The position numbers were made by a program, and so were the translations under genes. The notes beneath the pieces were generated by a model. That model saw only the letters and a list, made by a program, of their open reading frames with translations. It made no database searches and was not told where the DNA came from. From the IMG/VR virus record IMGVR_UViG_3300045580_000204, positions 1-28,591 of that record: DNA of 28,591 nt; one strand, written 5' to 3'. Below, in pieces: positions 1 through 8,378 of the stretch. This stretch comes from a virus. Its lineage: Duplodnaviria; Caudoviricetes. Each line of letters starts with the position of its first letter. The stretch's first letter is position 1.

Positions 1-1
1 T

Positions 2-3000
2 GCGGTGACCGTACCCGGGCTTGAACAAGCCGCGCAGAGCGGAGACGCCGCGCAGGCCCTCAAGCTGATCGAGCAGAGCTCCGAGGCTACCCCTGCGCAG
101 CGGGAAGTGGCCAAGCGACTGCAGCGATACCGCAGCCTGCCGAAGATGGTGCTGGCGCCCGAGCTGCCGTCGGCCGGCGTCTATGACGCGCGCACTGACA
201 CCGTCGAGCTGCGCGAGGTCACTCCGCACACGGTGCTGCACGAAGTCGTGCATGCAGGGGTGCACCGCATCGTAGCGGCGGCCGAAGCGGGCAAAGTGCA
301 GAACCCGGGGGTGCAAAAGCTGCGCGCCGTATACGAGCATGTGTTCAAAGTCCGCCCAGACCTGCGCCGCACGTACGGCATGTCCAGCATCAGCGAGTTC
401 GCGTCCGAGGCAATGTCGAACCCGGAGTTCCAGGCCGAGCTGCGCACGATCCCCTACCAGCGCACCAACGCGTTCACGGCGTTCGCGCGTGCGGTCGCCC
501 AGATGTTCGGCTTTGCCGGAACCACGGCCAACACCGCCGCTGCCGAGGCCATGATCGCCGTCGACCAGATCCTGTCGAGCGGCGGCCGAGAGTTGCAGGA
601 AGCGCAGACCGGGCGCGACACCTTGGATGGGCCCATCCTCGACGCCGAGCGAAAGCCCGCGGGCGGCCAGATCGTCGTCAAGCTGATCGACCAGATCACG
701 CAGACCTCCGAGATTGCCAAGGACAAGCCCACCGGCTTCGCCCAGGCGCTCAACACCGGCCTCAAGGTATTCAACACGACCAACGGTATCTCTCCGGTGG
801 ACCGCCTGCGGTACTGCCTGTCGGACAACATGGCGGCGTTTTCGTCGCGCATGGCCGAGGCGTTCAACGGGCGCATGATCAGCGCCATGGGGGTGCAGAA
901 CCCGGACCTGCTGAACCGGCAGGTGCAGGACGTCAGCAAAATGCTGGAGTCCTTCTACGAGGAAGGTGCGTTCCGGTTCGACAACACCACAGGGTTGTTT
1001 GAAGTGGTCAAGGGCCCTGCGTCAGTGCTGGATGTCATCAAGGCCCTGGACGCCTATGCCAAGACGCGTGGGGTATCCCTCGACGCCGCGCGCGCAGACA
1101 TCAGCAAGATGGGCGAAGCCAAGCGCGCGTTGGAGATGCTGGCCGCAGGCATCGATATGGACCGGCTCGCGCCACTGTCGGTCGAAGCGGAGCGCCGTGG
1201 CGTGCCGAAGCTCGTGCAGTTCCAGGAGAAGGCCGCGCAGCTGGACGCGGACCAGGAAGCCCAGGCCATTCTTGACCTGCTGAAAACCAACCGCGAGGCC
1301 ACCATCGACTTCATGCGGGACATGGGCCGCATCACCCCCGAAGAGGCGACGGAGTGGAAATCGACCGCTCACTACATCCCGTTCGACCGGGTGCAGGAGG
1401 ATTCCGCCGCAGCGTTTCGCCCGTCGTCGGACGGCCGCCGGGGGCTGGCCAAATTCCGAGACCGCCCGGACTACGTCGGCACGACGTCTCGGGAAGTCGG
1501 TGACCTGCTGAACAACCACCTGAAGCTGGTGACGTGGATGGCCACCGAAGCCATGAAGGCGAAGGCGACCCGGCACTCGATGTACGTGCTGCAGTCCCTG
1601 GGCGGGGCGCAGAAGGTCAAGGGGCGCGTGCCCGACGACAAAAAATCGATGGTGGTCACCACCTACGAGAAGGGCGAGGAGGTCCAGTTCATCACCGCGG
1701 ACCCGCTGTTTGCCGCGGCGTTCCGGGAGTCGGGCAACGCGCTGCCGGGCTGGATGCAGCCCCTGCACGCCGTCACTCGATTCCTGCGGTCGGCGATCAC
1801 GCTCATGCCGCCCTTCATCATCAAGCAGGTGGTGCTGGATGTGCAGCGGGCCATGATCTCGTCCGGTGTGCAGAACCCATACGCGTTGCCGTATCGGATC
1901 ATGACGAACTTCGTGAAGTTCTCGTGGGCCGACCTGACCGGCCGCAAGCACCCGATGGCGCAGGCCTTGGCCCGCCGGGGTATTGCCGGCGGGTACGACA
2001 TCGACCTCGCAGATCCCGCGGGCACATTCCTGCAGGAGGTCGGAATCCAGAAGCGTGGGGTTATTGGCACGGCCTTGCGCAAGTCCGAGGGCATCCTGCG
2101 GGCGTCCGACTTGGCGGTGCGCGCTGCCATCTACGAGCAGACGCTCAAAGAGTCCGCAAACAACGAGGCCCTGGCGCAGCGCCGCTCGCGCGAGTTCATC
2201 AACTTCCGCCGCAAGGGCGCCTCTGGGCTGGCCAGCTTTTTCATCAGCACCGTGCCGTTCGTGAACGCGTACATCCAGAGCATGGACCTGCTGTACCGGA
2301 ACGCCACCGGCAAGGACAACTCGATGGGCATTCCGCGCAACGAAGCGCGGGCCCGACTCATGACGCAGCTGGGCGTCATGACCGCATTCAGCATGCTCTA
2401 CGCGCTCTCGGTCGAGGACGATGACGAGTACCAGCAGATGGACCTGACCAAGCGGAACAACAACTGGGTCATCCCGGGGGTGGCCACCATCCCCGTGCCG
2501 CCTGAGTGGGCGGCGATCTTCAAGGTGCCGGCCGAGCTGTACCTGGAAATGCTGCGGACCGAGGGCTCGCCGGACGAGCTGGCCGCCCGAGACGCCGCCA
2601 AGGCCCTGGCGCAGACGATGCTGGAGGCGTACAAGCCCGGCACGCTGGTGCCGGCCGCGATCAAGCCTGCGCTGGAGGCCTGGGCCAACTACTCGTTCTT
2701 CACTGGGGAGCGCCTCGTTGGCACCTACCAAGAGCAGCTGGACCCCAGCGAGCAGACCACGTACCGCACGAGCGAGCTGGCCAAGTCGCTGGCGGCGTTC
2801 ATGCGGGACAGCCTGAACTATGAAGTGTCGCCGATCAAGATCGACAACTTCTTCACCGGGTACTTCGGGGGCACGGCGGCGCCCGTGCTGGCCATGACCG
2901 ACGCGCTGCTGAACCCGGACCGCATGGACCGCCCGCTGCACCAGATGTTCCTGATCGGCACGTTCGTACCGGACCCGGTCGGCACGCGCAGCGAGCGGGA

Positions 3001-3325
3001 GTTCTACGCGTTCGCCGAGGAGGTCATGCCCCGGGTTCGCACCCTGCAGGCCCTGTCCGCTACCGACCCGGACCGCGCCGAGGCGTATGCCGAGAAGCAC
3101 GCTGCAGCGATCGCCGCCGCGCGGCGCGTGGGGGCGGCGATCCAAAAACTCGGGCAGTTGCGCGCGTACGAAAAGTATCTCCGCAGCGATGCTGCAGCGG
3201 CGGACATGACCCAGGAGGAGCGCGAGGCGGAGCTTACCGCCCTGCGGGAATCGCGCAATGAATACCTCTCATTTGTGCGAGAGGAAAAGCGCGAATACTA
3301 CGCTACGAAGTCCGCCACACCCTAA
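2..3325 (+). CDS. Large polyvalent / internal virion (ejection) protein, 5'-truncated; zincin-like metallopeptidase motif and LPD38-like C-terminal region
   Basis: Frame is open from the window edge (>1100 aa). HEVVH (HExxH) is followed by EFASEAMSNPEFQ. The C-terminal PAAIKPALEAWANYSFFTGE...SPIKIDNFFTGYFG segment resembles LPD38. Confidence 0.7.
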   Translation, partial: AVTVPGLEQAAQSGDAAQALKLIEQSSEATPAQREVAKRLQRYRSLPKMVLAPELPSAGVYDARTDTVELREVTPHTVLHEVVHAGVHRIVAAAEAGKVQNPGVQKLRAVYEHVFKVRPDLRRTYGMSSISEFASEAMSNPEFQAELRTIPYQRTNAFTAFARAVAQMFGFAGTTANTAAAEAMIAVDQILSSGGRELQEAQTGRDTLDGPILDAERKPAGGQIVVKLIDQITQTSEIAKDKPTGFAQALNTGLKVFNTTNGISPVDRLRYCLSDNMAAFSSRMAEAFNGRMISAMGVQNPDLLNRQVQDVSKMLESFYEEGAFRFDNTTGLFEVVKGPASVLDVIKALDAYAKTRGVSLDAARADISKMGEAKRALEMLAAGIDMDRLAPLSVEAERRGVPKLVQFQEKAAQLDADQEAQAILDLLKTNREATIDFMRDMGRITPEEATEWKSTAHYIPFDRVQEDSAAAFRPSSDGRRGLAKFRDRPDYVGTTSREVGDLLNNHLKLVTWMATEAMKAKATRHSMYVLQSLGGAQKVKGRVPDDKKSMVVTTYEKGEEVQFITADPLFAAAFRESGNALPGWMQPLHAVTRFLRSAITLMPPFIIKQVVLDVQRAMISSGVQNPYALPYRIMTNFVKFSWADLTGRKHPMAQALARRGIAGGYDIDLADPAGTFLQEVGIQKRGVIGTALRKSEGILRASDLAVRAAIYEQTLKESANNEALAQRRSREFINFRRKGASGLASFFISTVPFVNAYIQSMDLLYRNATGKDNSMGIPRNEARARLMTQLGVMTAFSMLYALSVEDDDEYQQMDLTKRNNNWVIPGVATIPVPPEWAAIFKVPAELYLEMLRTEGSPDELAARDAAKALAQTMLEAYKPGTLVPAAIKPALEAWANYSFFTGERLVGTYQEQLDPSEQTTYRTSELAKSLAAFMRDSLNYEVSPIKIDNFFTGYFGGTAAPVLAMTDALLNPDRMDRPLHQMFLIGTFVPDPVGTRSEREFYAFAEEVMPRVRTLQALSATDPDRAEAYAEKHAAAIAAARRVGAAIQKLGQLRAYEKYLRSDAAAADMTQEEREAELTALRESRNEYLSFVREEKREYYATKSATP

Positions 3326-3533
3326 CTCCGTACACACCAAATTCGCAGCGGGAGCGCACTTCGAAGGTGTGTCCGAACCACTCCGCAGCAGGCCGCAAAG
3401 CCTGCTGCACCTGCTTGGGGGTGGCCGTAGTGGGGATGAAGAACGAGGCGCCGCGCGTGACGTCGGCCCACCGTATGAAGTACTCGGCCCCGAAGATGTT
3501 CAGGACCTCGACCTCATACGGTGGCGGCGTCAT
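3303..3533 (-). CDS. Small conserved phage protein (SFFIP...GVRVWR family), putative DNA-binding
   Basis: 76 aa; overlaps the primase stop. Shares the SFFI and GVRVWR motifs with 7627-7893. Confidence 0.7.
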   Translation of the reverse strand: MTPPPYEVEVLNIFGAEYFIRWADVTRGASFFIPTTATPKQVQQALRPAAEWFGHTFEVRSRCEFGVYGVRVWRTS

Positions 3534-6348
3534 CGAGCGTGTCCTTCATACCCAGCTTCGCGCCGTCGAACACGTAGCACCGGGTCGGGGACCCTTTGAG
3601 GGACCCGATCGCCCCTGCTGACGGCCGACGCACGACCGACAGGTCTGTGCCCGACGCCTTGAGCGCCCCCAGCTGCTTGAACGACTGCAGGCTGGTCTTG
3701 AAGTCCACGCGGCGCTCGGTGAAGAACTTGCGCAGGTCCGCGGCCACGATCACCAGCTCGCCGGTATCGGGCTCGTAGCGCATCCGCAGGGGGCCGTTCG
3801 GGGTCTTGATCGGGGCCACCATTTCGCCGGACGGCCGCGCGCCGTTGATGATCAGGGCGTTGTTCAGGTTCTCGTTGAGGAACGCCGCCAGGGTCTCCTG
3901 TGCCGTGGTCATGCTGTTGCCCACCACGGCCTTGTTTGCCGCCTTGGCCGACCGCATCTCGTCCATAGCGAACGAGAACACCCGGCGCAGGTCAAACTCC
4001 GCGAGCTGCAGGGTGTTCAGGATCATGCCCGCCCCCATGGCGATCGTCGCCATTGCGGAGTAGAACCGATCCGCGCGCTCTGCGCGCATCGAAGCGTCCA
4101 CGCGCGCCTGGGCCTGCTTGAGCATGTCGATCACCGCCTCGCGGTTGCTGATCACGTACTCGATGAACATGCTCCCGGCGATGCCGTAGTTGTACCCGAG
4201 CGGTGCGAACACCTCCTCGGCTTCGGCCTTGGAGTAGCCCTCTGGGACCTTGATGTGCAAGTCGATCACCCGCCGCAGTTCGCCGTCGGCCGCCGACTTG
4301 TTGGCCAGCAGAATGTCCGACATGACCGCGTTGCTGGAGGTCACCACCACCGTGCACCACGTCGTCTGGTTGTTGCGCAAGCGGTTGCTCGCGGCCTCCA
4401 TGCGGTGTGCGGCCCGGCCGGACGTGGCCCCATACACGAGGTCGGAAATGACTTCGGCCGGGGCGTTGGTCATTTCGTCGATGGTCATGCAGATGCTGTT
4501 GAGCGTGCCGAGCCGCTGAAACATGGACGCCTTGGTGTCCTTCTGGGCCATCAGCAGCTCGGACGGGTGCCCGAACATGGAGTTGATCGCCATCTGCACG
4601 GTGGTCTTGCCCGTGCCGGACTCGTTGGAGACCAAGTTGAGCATGCCGCCCCGCACCTGGGATGGGTTCAGGAGCTGCAGCAGGGGCGCGCCGCAGCCCA
4701 TCAGGAACGCAAACGCGTGGCCTTCCATGCCTGGGCGGTTGTAGAACGAGATCACCTTACACCACTCTTCGATCGACCCCTTCTGGTGGAACAGGGGCGC
4801 CAGCTGCCGGGTACCGCTGGCCGGCGGTGCGAGTTTGGGGCCGGTCCGGGTGTACTCCACCTCACCGGCAACGAAGGTGCCTTCGGTGGTCCAGCCCATC
4901 TGGCTGCGGGTACGGCTGGAGGCCACACCTGCCTGCAGCGCGCGAATCGACGATGCGAGATATGCCATGATGCTATCCAGTTGTTTTCCGTATGCAATAA
5001 CCCCATGCTTCGCCAGTACGGCGAGGAGTTTGTCCTTGGTGAGGATCGACGTGACCGGCGCGTGGAATCGCCGAATACCGTCGTGGGGTAAGTGTAAGTT
5101 AATCCCGATCAGTTCGCCCTCGCCGTCACCCTGCTCGTCGGAGTCGTAGAACCGGCCGGTCACGTATAGGTCCTGGGGGTAGACGTCGACCTCAGTCTCG
5201 CCACCGTCCTCGTCGCGGATCTTGCGATACACGCCGCCTTGTTTGCCCCGGAAATATGGGGTCGGGTACTCCGGGATCTCGACCTGCACGGTCACGACTT
5301 CACCCTCGTTGTCGGGGTTCATCGCGGCCTCGACTACGTACGCGCCGTCCACCACGGGGGACTCTTCGATCACCGTGCCGAGCACGATGGGGCTCGTGAC
5401 CCGGTGCGTGCAGCCTGTGCACACGTCGGGGTTGTTGGTCCGGTACCACTCGCAGGTGTGCGGCTTGCCGCGGGCGCGCTCCGCCTTCTCGGCGGCTCCG
5501 GCCGGGGTGTAGTCCGGGTGGCCCGCAGACACCATTTCGATGGCGTCTTGGGCATCGTCGCAAGTGGCGGCAATCGACAGGGCCGCGCGCCACAGGGGCT
5601 CCGCCAGGGTCACGCGGTGCTCGACCGCATGCTGCAGCTGCGCGCACTTCGGCAGGGCTCTGGAGAACAGGGCCGGGGGCAGATCGCCGCGCGCCAGGGT
5701 GGCCGTCACTGCGTCGGTGCCAAACGCCTTGGCGGCGCTCAGATCAACCGGCGGCGGGGGGAGCAGCGCGCACAGCGCGGCGAAGGGCGTCTGGGGCCCG
5801 TCAGCGGCGATCTGGACCGGGCGGGGGTCGCTCTGCTTGAAGTTCGAGGTGCCGGGCACTCGCAGTATGCGAGCCGCGTCGGCCGTCACTGAGAGGTCGA
5901 TACTCAGGCGGTGCTGCACACACAGCTGCTTGAACTGCCGCGCCATGGGAAGCCACTGAGCGACCGGCACCTCCTCGGTGAACGGCCAGTATGCATGCAG
6001 ACCGCCGCCGGAGTGCACGATGATGGGCGAGGGCAGCCCTGTGGTGTCCACGAAGGCCTTGAGCGCCACCGCAGCGTCGGTAACGTGCGGGTAGGGCTTG
6101 CCCGGGCCGCAGTCGATGTCGATGAAAAACGAGCGCAGGCTGACAGCTGCGTCGGCTTTGCGGCTGTCGCCCGAGAAGTTGGCCAGCGCGAAGTACGCGT
6201 CGACGCCGGCTGTGTTGAGCGCATCGGCAGCCTCGGCGAGCTGCTCAACTGACGATAGGAATCTTTGCCTGACCTTGCCGCCACTGATGGCTACACAGCA
6301 GTACCGCCCGGTCGAAGGCAGCACGGTTTGGAGGAAGTACTCGCTCAC
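3514..6348 (-). CDS. Primase-helicase (N-terminal AEP/RepB-like primase, DUF927-like region, P-loop NTPase)
   Basis: 944 aa; GTG start after GAGGT. Primase motifs FFIDIDCG, HSGGGLHAYW and DAARILRVPGT; Cys/His cluster; Walker A ESGTGKTT; Walker B MTIDE. Confidence 0.88.
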   Translation of the reverse strand: MSEYFLQTVLPSTGRYCCVAISGGKVRQRFLSSVEQLAEAADALNTAGVDAYFALANFSGDSRKADAAVSLRSFFIDIDCGPGKPYPHVTDAAVALKAFVDTTGLPSPIIVHSGGGLHAYWPFTEEVPVAQWLPMARQFKQLCVQHRLSIDLSVTADAARILRVPGTSNFKQSDPRPVQIAADGPQTPFAALCALLPPPPVDLSAAKAFGTDAVTATLARGDLPPALFSRALPKCAQLQHAVEHRVTLAEPLWRAALSIAATCDDAQDAIEMVSAGHPDYTPAGAAEKAERARGKPHTCEWYRTNNPDVCTGCTHRVTSPIVLGTVIEESPVVDGAYVVEAAMNPDNEGEVVTVQVEIPEYPTPYFRGKQGGVYRKIRDEDGGETEVDVYPQDLYVTGRFYDSDEQGDGEGELIGINLHLPHDGIRRFHAPVTSILTKDKLLAVLAKHGVIAYGKQLDSIMAYLASSIRALQAGVASSRTRSQMGWTTEGTFVAGEVEYTRTGPKLAPPASGTRQLAPLFHQKGSIEEWCKVISFYNRPGMEGHAFAFLMGCGAPLLQLLNPSQVRGGMLNLVSNESGTGKTTVQMAINSMFGHPSELLMAQKDTKASMFQRLGTLNSICMTIDEMTNAPAEVISDLVYGATSGRAAHRMEAASNRLRNNQTTWCTVVVTSSNAVMSDILLANKSAADGELRRVIDLHIKVPEGYSKAEAEEVFAPLGYNYGIAGSMFIEYVISNREAVIDMLKQAQARVDASMRAERADRFYSAMATIAMGAGMILNTLQLAEFDLRRVFSFAMDEMRSAKAANKAVVGNSMTTAQETLAAFLNENLNNALIINGARPSGEMVAPIKTPNGPLRMRYEPDTGELVIVAADLRKFFTERRVDFKTSLQSFKQLGALKASGTDLSVVRRPSAGAIGSLKGSPTRCYVFDGAKLGMKDTLDDAATV

Positions 6349-6371
6349 GGGACCTCACGGGGTGAAAGGGC

Positions 6372-6442
6372 AAAAAAGTTCCGGGGCGGCGGGCCCGTGA
6401 GCCGCCTTGTCGCTCGGGGATCAGTCGAGTCTAGCCCCGGAA
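6372..6442 (-). promoter_or_regulatory. Structured leader / attenuator upstream of primase-helicase
   Basis: A 9-bp stem TTCCGGGGC/GCCCCGGAA (6379-6387, 6434-6442) encloses two small hairpins and is followed by T6 on the - strand. Confidence 0.55.
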
Positions 6443-6449
6443 GGGCGCA

Positions 6450-6698
6450 TTATGCCTGGGACAGCCGCGCCGTCAATTTTTCAATCAGACGGGCGTGGTG
6501 CGGCGTCGGGAGGAACTTGCCCACCGCCCAGTTGTACATCGTCGCGCGAGTGACCTTGAGCTTCGCTGCTACCGCGGCGATCGAGATCTCGTGCTTGATG
6601 CACAGTTTGGCGAGCTTCACGCCCGGGTGTGCGGGGTCCGCGGCCTTGACCGCCTGCACAAATGCGGAGGAGAACCCGCGGCTTTTACTCTGCGTCAT
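6450..6698 (-). CDS. Cro/XRE-like helix-turn-helix protein
   Basis: 82 aa; SIAAVAAKLKVTRATMYNWAVG fits an HTH pattern. Confidence 0.8.
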   Translation of the reverse strand: MTQSKSRGFSSAFVQAVKAADPAHPGVKLAKLCIKHEISIAAVAAKLKVTRATMYNWAVGKFLPTPHHARLIEKLTARLSQA

Positions 6699-7593
6699 CG
6701 TCGGAGCTCCATGCGTCGAGGACCGACTTCACGTCGGGTTTGCCGCCAGCTGCGGGGGCTGCTGCCGGGGCAGACACGGGCGGGCGGGCGCGGCGCACGC
6801 TCGGCTCCGGTGCGGCCGGCGCTGCCGCAGACTCGGGTTCCTGGTACGCCTGCGACGTGGCCTCGGGGGCTTTCTTGGGGGTGGTGACCATCTTGAACTC
6901 GACCGCGCGGCTTGCGTCGTCGCTCTTGGACACTTCCTGCACCTGATCCCACTCGTCGCGGGTCAGCGGGCGCACGGCGCGGAACTTCAGCACCGGCACG
7001 GCTTCGTTGGTGTCAAAGCGCGCCTCGGTCACCACGCCAGTGATCGGCACCCCGTGGCCTGCCAGGAACTTGGCATAGGCGTCCAGCGGCATCTTGTCGC
7101 CCTCGGCCTTGCCGAAGATCGACTTCGCCGGCAGCTGCAGGCGGTACACGTTGCCCGAAATGTCGTTCTCGAGAACCACGGCGAGTCGGCGGCTGTAGCG
7201 GCAGGCGCGGCTGGTGCCTTCCCCGGAGCCCGCGATGTTCTGCGGGCACTTGTCGCAGCTGCTCGACTGACGCGTCTCGGCAGGGACTTCCGCGTTGGGG
7301 GTCTTGCCGTCGGCCGACCAGCACGAGGGAGAGGCGTCTTTGCCCTCTTCGTACTTGCCAGCGTAGAACGTGCGGTTCACCTGCGGGTTGGCACCGACCA
7401 CGATCATGTTCATCGCGCGGTCTTCGTTCTTGGCCACTTCCTCGCCGCCGACGATCATGCGCCACACGCCGCCTTTGATGGAGATTTGCTTGCCGCCGCC
7501 ACCGCCGGCCAGCATCTTGGTCACGTCATCGGTTTGACGCAGGTAGTCGGGGACGGCGAGGTTGCCAGATTTGAAAAGAGTGAGGTTGCTCAT
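6685..7593 (-). CDS. Conserved phage replication protein, putative ssDNA-binding/annealing protein
   Basis: 302 aa; four Cys (CWSADG, CDKCPQN, ACRYSRR), Ala/Pro linker and acidic tail WSSDDDAE; located in the replication module. Confidence 0.65.
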   Translation of the reverse strand: MSNLTLFKSGNLAVPDYLRQTDDVTKMLAGGGGGKQISIKGGVWRMIVGGEEVAKNEDRAMNMIVVGANPQVNRTFYAGKYEEGKDASPSCWSADGKTPNAEVPAETRQSSSCDKCPQNIAGSGEGTSRACRYSRRLAVVLENDISGNVYRLQLPAKSIFGKAEGDKMPLDAYAKFLAGHGVPITGVVTEARFDTNEAVPVLKFRAVRPLTRDEWDQVQEVSKSDDASRAVEFKMVTTPKKAPEATSQAYQEPESAAAPAAPEPSVRRARPPVSAPAAAPAAGGKPDVKSVLDAWSSDDDAE

Positions 7594-7626
7594 GATGGAT
7601 TGGATAGTGAAAAGTTGATGGGAGGG

Positions 7627-7893
7627 TTATGCAACGCGCCAGACGCGCACGCCAACCTTGTCACCTTCGGTGACCGGGCGGGCCAGAACGCGGAGACCCG
7701 CGAACTGAGGGTTGCTCTTTCGGAAGATGCGCGCTGCCGCAGTGACGCGGTTGACGGCGCGCTGGTCTTCGGCTTCGTCCTTCGTACCGATGAAGAAACT
7801 GTCGTTGACCGACATGGTCGCGAACGGGTACGCACTGCCGCGACCGCGGCGGGTGGCAGACGGGACGGGGATGTTGGATTCGATTTCGTACAT
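7627..7893 (-). CDS. Small conserved phage protein (YPF..M..DSFF...GVRVWR family), putative DNA-binding
   Basis: 88 aa; basic; motif set shared with 3303-3533. Confidence 0.75.
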   Translation of the reverse strand: MYEIESNIPVPSATRRGRGSAYPFATMSVNDSFFIGTKDEAEDQRAVNRVTAAARIFRKSNPQFAGLRVLARPVTEGDKVGVRVWRVA

Positions 7894-7926
7894 GGTGGAG
7901 AAGTGGTCAGGTTGATATGCAGTCGA

Positions 7927-8325
7927 TCAGCTTTTGGCGCGGCGAACCGTGATGCCGTATCGGTTGTCGACGTTCATGCCGTCGGGGAGGACCCCAGGGT
8001 TTTGCTCAAGGAACTCTTTGAAAGCGCCTTGGGCTACGCGGCGCTCCAGCAGCTGCGGAGCGTCGTGCTCTTTGATGAAGCGGTACATGCTGTCCCAGTC
8101 GCTGGTCCAGTACCGAGTCTTCACGGTGCGGGTGAACGTGCCGGCGACGGTCTTGCCACCATCCTGGCCAGTGGCCTTGCACAGTTCGAGGAGTTCGGAT
8201 TCCACCACGCCGAGCTGGTCTTCCAGCTTTTTGAGTTCTTCCTCGTGCTTGCGCACGAGAGCGTCCTTGGCGTCGCGGATCTTTATGTAGGCGCCGACCA
8301 GCTGGTCGGCCGTTGCAGTTGTCAT
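7927..8325 (-). CDS. Conserved phage hypothetical protein (coiled-coil N-terminus)
   Basis: 132 aa from the ATG preceded by GGAGAAAAGAC; phage-like codon usage. Confidence 0.75.
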   Translation of the reverse strand: MTTATADQLVGAYIKIRDAKDALVRKHEEELKKLEDQLGVVESELLELCKATGQDGGKTVAGTFTRTVKTRYWTSDWDSMYRFIKEHDAPQLLERRVAQGAFKEFLEQNPGVLPDGMNVDNRYGITVRRAKS

Positions 8326-8346
8326 GTCTTTTCTCCGTTTGTAGAC

Positions 8347-8378
8347 ACTGTATAACACACAGCTTGACGCTGTCAAGC
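8347..8378 (-). promoter_or_regulatory. Putative sigma70 promoter with inverted repeat over the -35
   Basis: TTGACA (8371-8376) lies 16-18 nt from TATACA/TACAGT. GCTTGAC-N3-GTCAAGC (8362-8378) overlaps the -35. Confidence 0.6.

Noticed and set aside
1022-3145. Long opposite-strand or alternate-frame ORFs (e.g. 1022-3145 -, 6265-8355 +, 10982-12358 +, and the GRRS/PERR/SGVP repeat frames)
   Set aside because: These are shadow ORFs expected in GC-rich coding DNA. They have no motifs and overlap well-supported genes.
6372-6442. Hammerhead ribozyme in the primase leader (multi-stem with CTGAT)
   Set aside because: It lacks the CUGANGA and GAAA core.
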